53,829 nt of DNA. Origin: an uncultured Polynucleobacter sp. Its GTDB lineage: Bacteria > Pseudomonadota > Gammaproteobacteria > Burkholderiales > Burkholderiaceae. The stretch spans positions 1-53,829 of the forward strand of contig CAZHWF010000002.1 of the NCBI GenBank assembly GCA_964536365.1. Direction: 5' to 3'. Under the pieces are notes generated by a model. The model was given only the letters and a program-made list of their open reading frames with translations, was not told where the DNA came from and ran no database searches. A program made the position numbers and the translations under genes. Positions 9,186 to 19,500 of the stretch are shown piece after piece (position 1 is the first letter of the stretch; every line of letters starts with the position of its first letter).

Positions 9186-9989
9186 ATGTCTAAAGCCTCT
9201 AATGCAATTAGGCTATCTCTTGCTCTGATGACCCTATTGGCGGCGCTCGCTCAAGCTGAAAATACACCAGCCGATCAATACGATAGGCCGGCGATATTCG
9301 ATTCAAAACCTTATGCAGAAGTTGGGGCTAGCTATGAAGGTCTCACAAATGGCTACGCAGCCTGGCAAAGTCAATATGTTGACCTTCTATTGCCACTCAA
9401 AAAAGATGGTCTGGTTTACATACAACTTCTCAATGCCGAACGATTTTCACAAGTAGACCAATCCGCATATTTAAATTACGCCTACCCATTCAAATATGAT
9501 GTAGTCAATGTCGAAGGATCTGTAACACATAATCCGCAATTTCTTGCGCAGAATTTTTATGGTGCCGGGTGGAATGGCAAACTGCCCTATCAGTTTAATT
9601 ATTTAATATCTGGTCGCGAGAGCAGTTATCTAGATGGAAGAACTAGCAATCAAAATATTGGGATTGATAAATATTTTGATCAATGGCGATTAGCGTATGT
9701 CGCAACATACTCAACATTAAATAGTCAAAAAAGTGGCTGGCTTAGCAAATACCAAGCACAGTGGTTTTTTAAGAACAATCATAGAGTTGGCTTGACCTAC
9801 TCGAGCGGACATGAGCCTACTGTTGTCAATATTGGAAATCTAACCACCATTGATACACAACAATATCAATTAGATGGCCTGTACTGGCTTACAAATGAGC
9901 TTGGTCTAACCATGGCAGCATGGCATGCAAAGCAAGGCAACTACTACCAAAGAAATGGAGGGCAGATTGGCTTACGTTTTGTATTCTGA
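9186..9989 (+). CDS. YaiO-family outer-membrane beta-barrel protein
   Basis: Signal peptide (..LAQA|EN), YEGLTNGYAAWQ start, alternating aromatic strands, C-terminal Phe (GLRFVF). Confidence 0.8.
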   Translation: MSKASNAIRLSLALMTLLAALAQAENTPADQYDRPAIFDSKPYAEVGASYEGLTNGYAAWQSQYVDLLLPLKKDGLVYIQLLNAERFSQVDQSAYLNYAYPFKYDVVNVEGSVTHNPQFLAQNFYGAGWNGKLPYQFNYLISGRESSYLDGRTSNQNIGIDKYFDQWRLAYVATYSTLNSQKSGWLSKYQAQWFFKNNHRVGLTYSSGHEPTVVNIGNLTTIDTQQYQLDGLYWLTNELGLTMAAWHAKQGNYYQRNGGQIGLRFVF

Positions 9990-10644
9990 CCCCCTGCTTC
10001 TATATGCCCTTACCTTAACCGCCATACTATTTGGGGGCATATTCTTTTTGGTTCTTACCATCATCTTCAAGCATGGTCGGCGCCTTAAGAGCCAAAAGAT
10101 ACAAGAACACTTTGTATCAATCCTTAATCAAGCCAAGCAGCGCACCATTGAAGGAAAAAATATTGGGGCGCAGATTAGCCAAATTAATTCTTTGATAGAG
10201 TTTCATAAAACCGATATTGCGTATGGGTGGGTAAGATTGCTAGAAAAGACGCCAAAAGCAAAACGTGATGAATATATCAGGATTGCGACTCAAACCAATA
10301 TGCTGCATTGCGTTCCGCACTGCTTAAATGATGGTGGAATTGCTGAAAAATGCATCGCTCTTGAAGCAATTGGATTGTCTGGATTTCATGCCTTTACAAA
10401 TGATGTTAACAAATACACACTGAGAGAGTCTATCGCTCCATATGCTTGCATTGCCCTAGCACGACTGACTGGCGGCGATTCTATCTCAACCATCATTGAG
10501 TCTTACGAGCTTGGATTTCTTTCAACCACTCAGGCTTTATCTGCATTAGTAGAAATTCCAAATCAGCAAATCATTAGCCATATAAAGAACTCGACTGGCA
10601 AAAAAATTCCAGCGAATCTTTCCAATTACTTGGCGATGAACTAG
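9925..10644 (+). CDS. Single-TM membrane protein with HEAT-like helical domain; true start probably 9955 or 9967
   Basis: One hydrophobic helix then basic stretch; ALEAIG and ACIALARL HEAT-like motifs; overlaps upstream gene and abuts the GT2 gene. Confidence 0.65.
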   Translation: MQSKATTTKEMEGRLAYVLYSDPLLLYALTLTAILFGGIFFLVLTIIFKHGRRLKSQKIQEHFVSILNQAKQRTIEGKNIGAQISQINSLIEFHKTDIAYGWVRLLEKTPKAKRDEYIRIATQTNMLHCVPHCLNDGGIAEKCIALEAIGLSGFHAFTNDVNKYTLRESIAPYACIALARLTGGDSISTIIESYELGFLSTTQALSALVEIPNQQIISHIKNSTGKKIPANLSNYLAMN

Positions 10645-12027
10645 ATGAATCTTACGTCCATCGTCTCTCAAGCCGTTCGCTTCATGGAATATTTTTTCCA
10701 TATCCATTTGCTAGTTGCCTTAGTAACGTATATTGTTGTGGCGGCTTTATTGAGAAAGCACTTACGGCATTTAAGCTATAGGTCGGTTAGCCATGAAAAA
10801 GTACCTTTTGAGAAATTTCAGGCCCCCAAAATTAGCATTATTGTCCCTGCGCATAATGAGGCGGACGGAATCATTGAAAGTGTTAATGCCGCGCTTTCAA
10901 CAGACTATCCAAACTACGAAATCATCGTAGTAGATGATGGCTCAACTGACGACACCCTTAAAATGCTTAAGGAGCGCTATAACTTAATAGCAGTTTCTTT
11001 AGAGTCTCTAAATAAGCTCAGCAAATCAGAGCCAATTGCCAGCTTTCAATCACAGAGCTACCCCCATTTAATGGTGGTTCACAAGACACACACGGGTAAA
11101 GCTGATAGTCTCAATGTAGGCATTGAGTACAGCTCGGGTATTTATATTTGCTGCATTGACAGCGATTCAATCATCACGCCCGATGCCCTTAGAAAGTTGG
11201 TCATTAAATTTATTAACGAGCCAACATTGGTTGCACTTGGGGGTGCCATTGCGCCAAGCAACGAAATCGTCATTAGAAATGGAAATGTTGAGAGAAAAAG
11301 AACCGCTCAATCTATTTTCGTCGGAGTGCAGATTATTGAGTATCTACGCTCTTTTACCTCTTGGCGAACCGGTTGGTCATACTTAGACGGACTTTTAATC
11401 ATCGGCGGCGCACTAACCGTATTTACAAAAGATGCGCTCATCAAGGTTGGTGGATATAGATCAGAAGCTTATTGCGAAGATCTTGAAATCATTCTCTCTC
11501 TACATGAATATCACCTACAACATAATCTCCCTTACAAAATTTGGACCATTCCAGAGGTCATTTGCTGGACTAGAGTTCCCAAAAATAAGGTGGGACTTAA
11601 AAAACAGCGAATCCGCTGGATGTGGGGTGCTTTACAAAGCCTTAATTGGCATAAACATCTGATGTTCAATAAGCAAAGTGCATTAATAGGCTGGTTTTCA
11701 TTTCCGCATATTGTCTTCATTGAAGCATTTGCCCCGGTCATCGAGCTACTGGGCTTGCTATCCCTATGGCTTTGCATTGCCTTAGGATTACTGTCTTACT
11801 CTTCATTTTTAATCTATGGTCTGCTGATCTACGCTATTACTGGTTTTTATTCATGGTATGCAATTGCTACAAACGACAATTACATCAGTAGCTTTAATTC
11901 ACTAAAGCAAATTCTTCGACTTGGGGCAATAGGACTCATCGAGCCAATTGGATATCGACAGCGCGATGCTTATTGGCGAATGATAGGCTGGTGGCGCTGG
12001 CTTAGAGGAAAGCCAATCAATTGGTAA
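10645..12027 (+). CDS. Processive membrane GT2 glycosyltransferase (PgaC/IcaA-like)
   Basis: IIVPAHNE, VDDGSTD, GKADSLN, DSDS, CEDLE and QRIRW (D,D,D,QxxRW) motifs; N- and C-terminal TM helices. Confidence 0.93.
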   Translation: MNLTSIVSQAVRFMEYFFHIHLLVALVTYIVVAALLRKHLRHLSYRSVSHEKVPFEKFQAPKISIIVPAHNEADGIIESVNAALSTDYPNYEIIVVDDGSTDDTLKMLKERYNLIAVSLESLNKLSKSEPIASFQSQSYPHLMVVHKTHTGKADSLNVGIEYSSGIYICCIDSDSIITPDALRKLVIKFINEPTLVALGGAIAPSNEIVIRNGNVERKRTAQSIFVGVQIIEYLRSFTSWRTGWSYLDGLLIIGGALTVFTKDALIKVGGYRSEAYCEDLEIILSLHEYHLQHNLPYKIWTIPEVICWTRVPKNKVGLKKQRIRWMWGALQSLNWHKHLMFNKQSALIGWFSFPHIVFIEAFAPVIELLGLLSLWLCIALGLLSYSSFLIYGLLIYAITGFYSWYAIATNDNYISSFNSLKQILRLGAIGLIEPIGYRQRDAYWRMIGWWRWLRGKPINW

Positions 12028-12112
12028 TTTTTATAGCTGGTTCATTTATTTGTGCCGCTTATAAAAACTGTCCGACAGCGGCTTAAATCTAGGAGAACCT
12101 TACTTTTACTCC

Positions 12113-12328
12113 TTATTTTTTAAATATATTTGGGATTCCCTCTACTAATACCTTTTTTACAATTGCAACAGACTCATTAGCGTTTAATTCAACATCCTCT
12201 CTTGCAGCCCTGCAACCGGATCGATACTCACACCCAGCCAAGGTGCCACTTTCTTTGTGATCCATATAAATTGTGCAACTATTTTGCAACCAACTTCCAT
12301 CCATCGGACAAGACTTGCTCTTTTCCAT
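12113..12328 (-). CDS. Small Cys-containing hypothetical protein or gene remnant
   Basis: 71 aa, 4 Cys, starts 10 bp after the nitroreductase stop with a GGGA RBS. Confidence 0.4.
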   Translation of the reverse strand: MEKSKSCPMDGSWLQNSCTIYMDHKESGTLAGCEYRSGCRAAREDVELNANESVAIVKKVLVEGIPNIFKK

Positions 12329-12338
12329 GAATATCCCA

Positions 12339-12929
12339 CTAAAAATTTAAAGTGGAGACAAATTCAGATGGAACCATGCGTGGTTTTGCTGGAGTGGATC
12401 GATCTGGCGTGCCAATATTAATAAAACACAGCGGATCCTCGTGATCCTTCAAACCAAATAAATCTCTTACAGGCTTCATATACATCGATTTTCCGCTGGT
12501 TGGACTTGCGCCAAACCCCATGGCATTAGCCATCAGAAAAATGTTTTGAATCGCGCATCCAGCAGAGATGATTCTTTCACTGGGAGGCACTTCTGTTTCA
12601 GTTCCTCTGGCATTTACAACTGCCAGCATTACCAATGGCGCCCTATGCGCCTTAACCATCGCGTCCTGTATTTGCTGTTCAGTTGCCCCAGGATCCCTCT
12701 CTAAAAGGGCTTTAGCAAAGGCATCGGCAAGCAATCCCCTACATTCCAATGGGCAGATAACAAACCTCCATGGTCTAGTGAGGTTATGGTCTGGAGCGGT
12801 TGCTGCCATCGAAAAAAGCAAATCCAATTGCTCTTGATTGGGCCCCGGTTGAAATAGTCTCTTAGGTAAATAAGATTGGCGTGAAGAAATCAGCGCGGCG
12901 ACTGTTTCGGTCATTTGATTATTGGGCAT
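12339..12929 (-). CDS. Nitroreductase family protein (YdjA-like)
   Basis: ISSRQS, APDHNLTRPWRF, AIQNIFLMANAMGFG motifs; ATG 12929 has a GGAG RBS. Confidence 0.9.
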   Translation of the reverse strand: MPNNQMTETVAALISSRQSYLPKRLFQPGPNQEQLDLLFSMAATAPDHNLTRPWRFVICPLECRGLLADAFAKALLERDPGATEQQIQDAMVKAHRAPLVMLAVVNARGTETEVPPSERIISAGCAIQNIFLMANAMGFGASPTSGKSMYMKPVRDLFGLKDHEDPLCFINIGTPDRSTPAKPRMVPSEFVSTLNF

Positions 12930-13593
12930 GATTTTGATCTCCATCGAAACAATCATTCATATAAGGGCCAGTGCCGCAGTTATCAGCATGAGCCGCGGGA
13001 ATAAATTTCCCTTCCGCAACATCGAATACCTGCACTTCACCATCTTCTATTACGTAATACCAGCCGTGTAAGGTGAGTTGATTTTTCTCAACCTGGGAGC
13101 GCACCATGGGATAGTCCATCAAACGCTCTAATTGCAAAATAATGGAGCGCTGCTCCACTCTTCTCAATGCTTCTGATGTTTGACGAACCGGCAATAAAGC
13201 TTCTTTGATTAAATCCAACCAAGCACTGAGATTGATTGCCTCTTTAGGAACGCCCTCGTAGGCAGATCGCACGGCGCCACAATGACTATGACCACACACC
13301 ACAATCCTGCTGACTTTTAATTGCATTACGGCAAACTCAATACCCGCCGCAGTACCATGAATCCCATAGGAGCCATCATAGGGTGGAACAATCGCACCTA
13401 CATTACGCAAAATAAATAAATCCCCAGGACCGGTTCCTGTAAGCAAGTAGGGAACAATTCTGGAGTCCGAGCAGCCCAAAAACAATGTTTTTGGGGTCTG
13501 TCCGTTCTCAATGAGCGAAGCAAATTCTTGACGATGCGCAGGAAAGTATTCTGTTCGAAACTTTCTTAATCGTTCTAATAATTCATCTGGCAT
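12919..13593 (-). CDS. Beta-class carbonic anhydrase
   Basis: GCSDSRI, GDLFILRNVG and GHSHCGAV zinc-ligand motifs. Confidence 0.95.
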   Translation of the reverse strand: MPDELLERLRKFRTEYFPAHRQEFASLIENGQTPKTLFLGCSDSRIVPYLLTGTGPGDLFILRNVGAIVPPYDGSYGIHGTAAGIEFAVMQLKVSRIVVCGHSHCGAVRSAYEGVPKEAINLSAWLDLIKEALLPVRQTSEALRRVEQRSIILQLERLMDYPMVRSQVEKNQLTLHGWYYVIEDGEVQVFDVAEGKFIPAAHADNCGTGPYMNDCFDGDQNHAQ

Positions 13594-13608
13594 CGTCTAT
13601 CCAAAAAT

Positions 13609-14310
13609 TTATTTGCGGCCTATGCCAAGACGGCGGCTGCGCACAATTTGGTAAGGTCTTACTAAATAAGTAATAGATGCAAATCCACTCCAAATATGAA
13701 CTAAGCGTGTGAATGGAAATATGAGGAAAATAGTCATTCCCAAGAACATATGCAATTTGAATACCCAATCAACGCCATTCATGAGTGCTGCGGCACCGGT
13801 ATTAAAGGTCACAATATCTTGAGCCCACCCAGCTAACTTCATCATTACCGAGCCATCTAAATGCTGTCCTGATAAAGGAATCGTGGCAAGCCCAAGCAAT
13901 AATTGGAACCACAAAACCACGGCAATCAAGATATCACTTGGCTTAGATGTCGCACGAATGCGATCATCCGTTAAGCGACGATGCAGCAATATCGTTAAGC
14001 CAATAAAACCAAATGTGCCAGCCACGCCGCCTGAAATCATTGCCATCAACTGCTTTTGTCCAGCGGTAATAAAGGACTCATACAAGAAGTGCGGGGTGAG
14101 CATGCCAAAGAAATGTCCAAAGAACAAAAATAGAACTCCAATATGAAAGAAGATGCTTCCAATTCGTAACTGCTTCTTACGAAGCAATTGGCTGGAATCA
14201 CTCTTCCATGTGTACTGATCCCTATCAAAGCGGATCAAACTACCGACAAAAAAGACAGTCAAGCAAATGTAGGGGTAAATGCCGAAGATAAATGTATCTA
14301 AATAGCTCAT
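13609..14310 (-). CDS. narI: Respiratory nitrate reductase gamma subunit (cytochrome b)
   Basis: YPYICL, DQYTWKSDSSQLL, FHIG..GH, PFTRLVH. Confidence 0.97.
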   Translation of the reverse strand: MSYLDTFIFGIYPYICLTVFFVGSLIRFDRDQYTWKSDSSQLLRKKQLRIGSIFFHIGVLFLFFGHFFGMLTPHFLYESFITAGQKQLMAMISGGVAGTFGFIGLTILLHRRLTDDRIRATSKPSDILIAVVLWFQLLLGLATIPLSGQHLDGSVMMKLAGWAQDIVTFNTGAAALMNGVDWVFKLHMFLGMTIFLIFPFTRLVHIWSGFASITYLVRPYQIVRSRRLGIGRK

Positions 14311-14984
14311 GAACGAACTCCTTCTAATTCTTTTGCGCGCTTCACAAAATGTAATGGCTGCTCTTCACCTGGTTTTGATTGGCCGCGAGTCGAACAACCT
14401 CCAAACGCAGGTGGCTCAGCCCACTCCTCATCCATAGACTCTTCTTCGGACTTTAATTCCACAATCTTGAATTTCTCTCCTGAAAATTCAATTGCAGCCG
14501 CAATTAACCAGGCATATTGATTGTTTCTAGCAACTAATGTTGAATACACAGAATTCAAGATATGGGCCATTTCACCAACAAACTGCCTTGCCTGATCCAG
14601 TGGCAGTGTTGATGCAAACTCCAGAATGATTGAAAGATGGTCTGGCAGCTCATTGGCGCTTAGCTGCAAACCCCCTTCTTTATAGGTTTGCAATAAATCC
14701 ACCATTGCTTGGCCACGTTCGCGTGAATCACCATGCACATGCTCGAATAAATGCAGCGACGTTGCTCTGCCGCGATCAAAGCACTCTACATAATTCTCTT
14801 GTGAATCAAATAGGTCAGCAATTTTTAAAGTCTGGATAAAGCCATCCAAACCCATTTGTACTTTCTTACTTAGCTTTGGCATATCGTATAAGGCAACCGA
14901 TACCTCGTCCAAATGCTCATTAAGTTCAGCATCGGGATACTGAAGCAATCTTGAAAGCGCTCTTAAAGGCAATGAATGTTTCAT
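14307..14984 (-). CDS. narJ: Nitrate reductase molybdenum-cofactor assembly chaperone
   Basis: LLQYP, FDRGRATSLHLFEHVHGDSRERGQAM, ELPDHL. Confidence 0.97.
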   Translation of the reverse strand: MKHSLPLRALSRLLQYPDAELNEHLDEVSVALYDMPKLSKKVQMGLDGFIQTLKIADLFDSQENYVECFDRGRATSLHLFEHVHGDSRERGQAMVDLLQTYKEGGLQLSANELPDHLSIILEFASTLPLDQARQFVGEMAHILNSVYSTLVARNNQYAWLIAAAIEFSGEKFKIVELKSEEESMDEEWAEPPAFGGCSTRGQSKPGEEQPLHFVKRAKELEGVRS

Positions 14985-14993
14985 GATTTCTCC

Positions 14994-16517
14994 TTACACC
15001 ACAGGTTTAATGGGAATGGTGCGACGTTTTGTGCCGCCAAAGAGACTTGCTTCAGAGTCGCCATCTGAACAACCATTACCAAATGTGAATCCGCAGCTAC
15101 CCTTCATATCAAAGGTGTTTTCGGCATACTCGCGATGAGAAGTTGGGATAACAAAGCGATCTTCATAGTTTGCAATCGCCATGATTTGATACATATCCTC
15201 AACTTGATCCTCGGATATGCCAGCCTGCTTGAGAGCCTCGTGATTGCGCGTGCCATCCACATGTTTATCTCGCTGCCATGCGCGCATAGCTAGCATCTTC
15301 TCAAGAGCAGACACCACTGGCGCTTCATCTCCAGCCGTGAGCATATTTGCCAAATACTGAACTGGAATACGCAACTGTTTCACATCCGGGATGTGGCCAT
15401 TCACACCCACATAGCCAGCCTCAACCGCTCCAGTCACTGGAGATAACGGTGGTACATACCAAACCATTGGCAAGGTTCTGTACTCTGGATGCAAAGGTAA
15501 TGCAATCTTCCAATCCATTGCCATCTTGTATACAGGGCTCTTTTTAGCTGACTCTAACCATGAAGGCGGAACACCATCCAATAAAGCCTGTTTTTGGACT
15601 TCTGGATCATTTGGATCCAAGAACACCTTCAATTGAGCGTTATAGAGATCTTTCTCATTCTCAACACTGGCGGCATTTTCAATTTGATCGGCATCGTACA
15701 GCATGACACCCAAATAACGAATGCGGCCAACGCAAGTTTCTGAACATACTGTTGGCTGACCAGCCTCAATGCGTGGGTAACAGAAAATACATTTTTCCGC
15801 TTTGCCACTCTTCCAGTTGTAATAGATCTTTTTGTACGGGCATGCTGAGACACACATACGCCAGCCGCGGCACTTGTCTTGATCAATCAGAACAATGCCA
15901 TCCTCTTCGCGTTTGTAGATCGAGCCAGATGGGCAAGAAGCTACGCAAGCAGGATTTAAACAATGCTCGCAAAGACGTGGCATATACATCATGAACGTAT
16001 TTTCAAATTGACCCCAAACATCTTTTTGCATCTGGTCAAAGTTGGAGTCTTTGCTACGCTTAGAGAACTCCCCACCAAGAATCTCTTCCCAGTTTGGACC
16101 CCATTCGATCTTCTCCATCCGCTTGCCAGTAATTAAGCTGCGAGGTCGTGCAGTTGGAGCCGCCTTTGTTTCAGGAGCAGATTGAAGATGCTCGTAATCA
16201 AAGGTAAATGGCTCGTAGTAATCATCGATCTCTGGCAAGTTTGGGTTACCAAACAGATTCATCCAAATCTTGGATCTACCGCCCTGCTTTGGTTCAATCT
16301 TGCCATTGGCCTTACGCTTCCAGCCACCCTTCCACTTCTCTTGGTCTTCCCAGTTTTTGGGATAACCAATGCCAGGCTTTGATTCAACGTTATTGAACCA
16401 GGCATATTCCATACCAGGACGATTAGTCCAAACCTGTTTACAAGTAACGGAACATGTATGACATCCAATACATTTATCCAGATTTAAAACCATGCCAATT
16501 TGTGCGCGAATTTTCAT
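14994..16517 (-). CDS. narH: Respiratory nitrate reductase beta subunit
   Basis: MKIRAQIGMVLNLDKCIGCHTCSVTCK and further Fe-S Cys motifs. Confidence 0.99.
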   Translation of the reverse strand: MKIRAQIGMVLNLDKCIGCHTCSVTCKQVWTNRPGMEYAWFNNVESKPGIGYPKNWEDQEKWKGGWKRKANGKIEPKQGGRSKIWMNLFGNPNLPEIDDYYEPFTFDYEHLQSAPETKAAPTARPRSLITGKRMEKIEWGPNWEEILGGEFSKRSKDSNFDQMQKDVWGQFENTFMMYMPRLCEHCLNPACVASCPSGSIYKREEDGIVLIDQDKCRGWRMCVSACPYKKIYYNWKSGKAEKCIFCYPRIEAGQPTVCSETCVGRIRYLGVMLYDADQIENAASVENEKDLYNAQLKVFLDPNDPEVQKQALLDGVPPSWLESAKKSPVYKMAMDWKIALPLHPEYRTLPMVWYVPPLSPVTGAVEAGYVGVNGHIPDVKQLRIPVQYLANMLTAGDEAPVVSALEKMLAMRAWQRDKHVDGTRNHEALKQAGISEDQVEDMYQIMAIANYEDRFVIPTSHREYAENTFDMKGSCGFTFGNGCSDGDSEASLFGGTKRRTIPIKPVV

Positions 16518-16529
16518 TTCTTTTCTCCG

Positions 16530-19500
16530 TTACGCTTGAACTGTGTTGGCATTTTCACTATCAAGCCAATCAATATTTCGCATCTTCCGAACCTTCACAA
16601 ACTCATCTCGGTTTGTGCCGATCGTTCCGTAGTAGTTAAAGCCATAACTAAGCTGCGCATAACCGCCAATCATGTGAGTAGGCTTAAGCACAATCCTAGT
16701 AACAGAATTGTGAATACCGCCACGCATACCGGTAATTTCAGATCCCGGGGTGTTGATGATCTTTTCCTGAGCGTGGTACATCATGATCATTCCTGGGTTA
16801 ACGCGCTGACTTACTACGGCGCGTGCCGCAATGGCGCCATTCGTGTTGTATAGCTCAACCCAATCGTTATCTACAATTCCAGCTCTTGCAGCATCGTCTT
16901 CACTCAACCACACAACTGGACCGCCACGGTTAAGGGTAAGCATCATCAAGTTATCGCTATAAGTTGAGTGAATACCCCACTTCTGATGCGGCGTAATGAA
17001 ATTGAGCACAATTTCTTTGTTGCCGTTTGGCTTAATGCCATCCACTTCGCCAATGGTTTTCAGGTCAACTGGAGGTCTATAGGATACAAACCCTTCACCA
17101 AATGCACGCATCCACTTGTGATCCTGGTAAAACTGCTGACGACCCGTTAGCGTTCTCCAAGGAATGTACTCATGCACATTGGTATAGCCCGCGTTATAGG
17201 AAACCTTCTCGCTTTCTAGGCCTGACCATGTAGGCGAACTAATAATCTTTCTTGGTTGCGCTTGAATATCACGGAATCTGATCTTCTCATCTTCGCGATG
17301 CAATGCTAAATGCGCATGTTCACGCCCAGTGATCTTTGAAAGCGCATCCCATGCCTTAACAGCCACATGTCCATTGGTCTCTGGCGCAAGCATCAACACA
17401 ACTTCAGCGGCATCAATATCAGTTGAGATTTTAGCCATGCCTTGCATTTCGCCATGCTCAATCTTGCCATTGAGTTCGCGGAGCTGCTCGACCTCTACCT
17501 TAGTATCCCAAGCAATACCTTTACCGCCATTACCTACTTTATCCATCAATGGACCCAAGGCAGTAAATCGATTGTAGGTATTTGGGTAATCCCTCTCTAC
17601 CACGGTAATTTGTGGTGCTGTTTTTCCAGGAATTAAATCGCACTCGCCCTTTTTCCACTCCTGAACATCAAAAGCCTGGGCCAGCTCAGCTGGAGTATCA
17701 TGCATCAGGGGGGTAAGAACCAATTCTTTTTCCACGCCTAGATGACCAACGCATACCTCTGAAAACTTCTTGGCGAATCCTTTATAAATCTCCCAATCAC
17801 TACGCGCTTCCCATGCTGGATCTACCGCTGTAGAGAGCGGGTGAATAAAGGGATGCATATCACTGGTATTAAGGTCATTCTTCTCATACCAAGTTGCAGT
17901 TGGTAAAACGATGTCTGAATACAAGCAGGTTGTACTCATACGGAAGTCCAGAGTAACCAACAAATCTAACTTGCCTTCTGGAGCTTTATCGTGCCACTCA
18001 ACTTCAGATGGTCTGGCCTCATCTGTACCTAAGTCCTTACCTTGCACACCATGACTGGTTCCTAGCAAATGCTTTAAGAAATACTCATGCCCCTTGCCTG
18101 ATGAACCCAAAATATTGGATCGCCATACAAACATATTGCGTGGCCAATTATTTGGATGATCAGGATCCTCACAACTCATTTGCAATGTGCCGGATTTGAG
18201 GCTGTTAACGGCATATTCTTTTGGATCCAAACCAGCGGAAACAGCCTCTCTTACAACCTCCAAAGGATTTGTCTTGAGTTGTGGCGCGGAAGGCAACCAA
18301 CCCATACGTTCAGCGCGAACGTTGTAGTCAATCATGCTTCCCTTGTAATCATCCTTATTTGCCAAAGGAGATAAAACCTCTTCCATACCTAATTTTTCAT
18401 AACGCCATTGATCTGTATGGGCATAGAAAAAGCTAGTTGAGTTTTGCTGGCGTGGAGGACGAATCCAATCCAAAGCGAAAGCTAAGGCAGTCCAACCTGT
18501 TTGTGGGCGAAGTTTTTCTTGGCCAACATAGTGAGCCCAGCCGCCGCCGCTTTGGCCGATACAACCACACATCATCAACATATTGATAATGCCGCGGTAG
18601 TTCATATCGCAGTGGTACCAATGGTTCATCGCTGCGCCAATAATGACCATAGATTTACCTTTGGTCTTCTCAGCGTTTTCCGCAAACTGGCGCGCAACAG
18701 CAATGACTTGTTCACGTTTTACACCCGTTATGGCTTCTTGCCATGCTGGGGTGTAAGGCACGTTATCTTCATATGATTTGGCGCAATCACCACCGAGACC
18801 TCTATCAATGCCGTAGTTACCCGCTAGCAAGTCAAACACGGTGGCCACATACACTTCTTTAGTTGCGCCATTTTCAACAAACGACATTTTCTTGGCAGGA
18901 ATATTGCGTACCAATACATCGCTTTGCTTATTGACATCAAAATGGGGCGTATCAATGCCACCAAAGTATGGGAATCCAACTGGAACCACATCATGAATCG
19001 CCTGGTCTTCCATCAATGAAAGTTTGAGCGTCACATCTTTATCGTGGTGCGCTTCTTTTGACTCTAAATTCCACTTGCCCTGATCTTTGCGACCTTCTTG
19101 ACCCCATCTAAAACCAATCGAACCATAAGGAACTACCGGTTTACCTGCGGTATCTAATGCAACCGTTTTCCAATCCGATCCATTGGTTTGCCCAAGATTG
19201 CCATCAAAGTCACTAGTACGAGCATATCTACCAGGAACCAAAACTGTTCTGCCATCATCCAATACCTTTTCCTCGAGTACAACGAGGTTTGGCATGTCGG
19301 TATAGCGACGCACATAATCATCAAAATACTCAGTGCGTTTATTGAAATAAAACTCTTTCAAGATGACATGGCCCATCGCCATCGCTATGGCAGCATCAGT
19401 ACCTTGCTTTGGATGCATCCAAATATCTGCCAATTTTGAAACTTCAGCATAGTCTGGAGTAATCGCGACAGTTTTCGCGCCCTTATAACGAACTTCAGTA

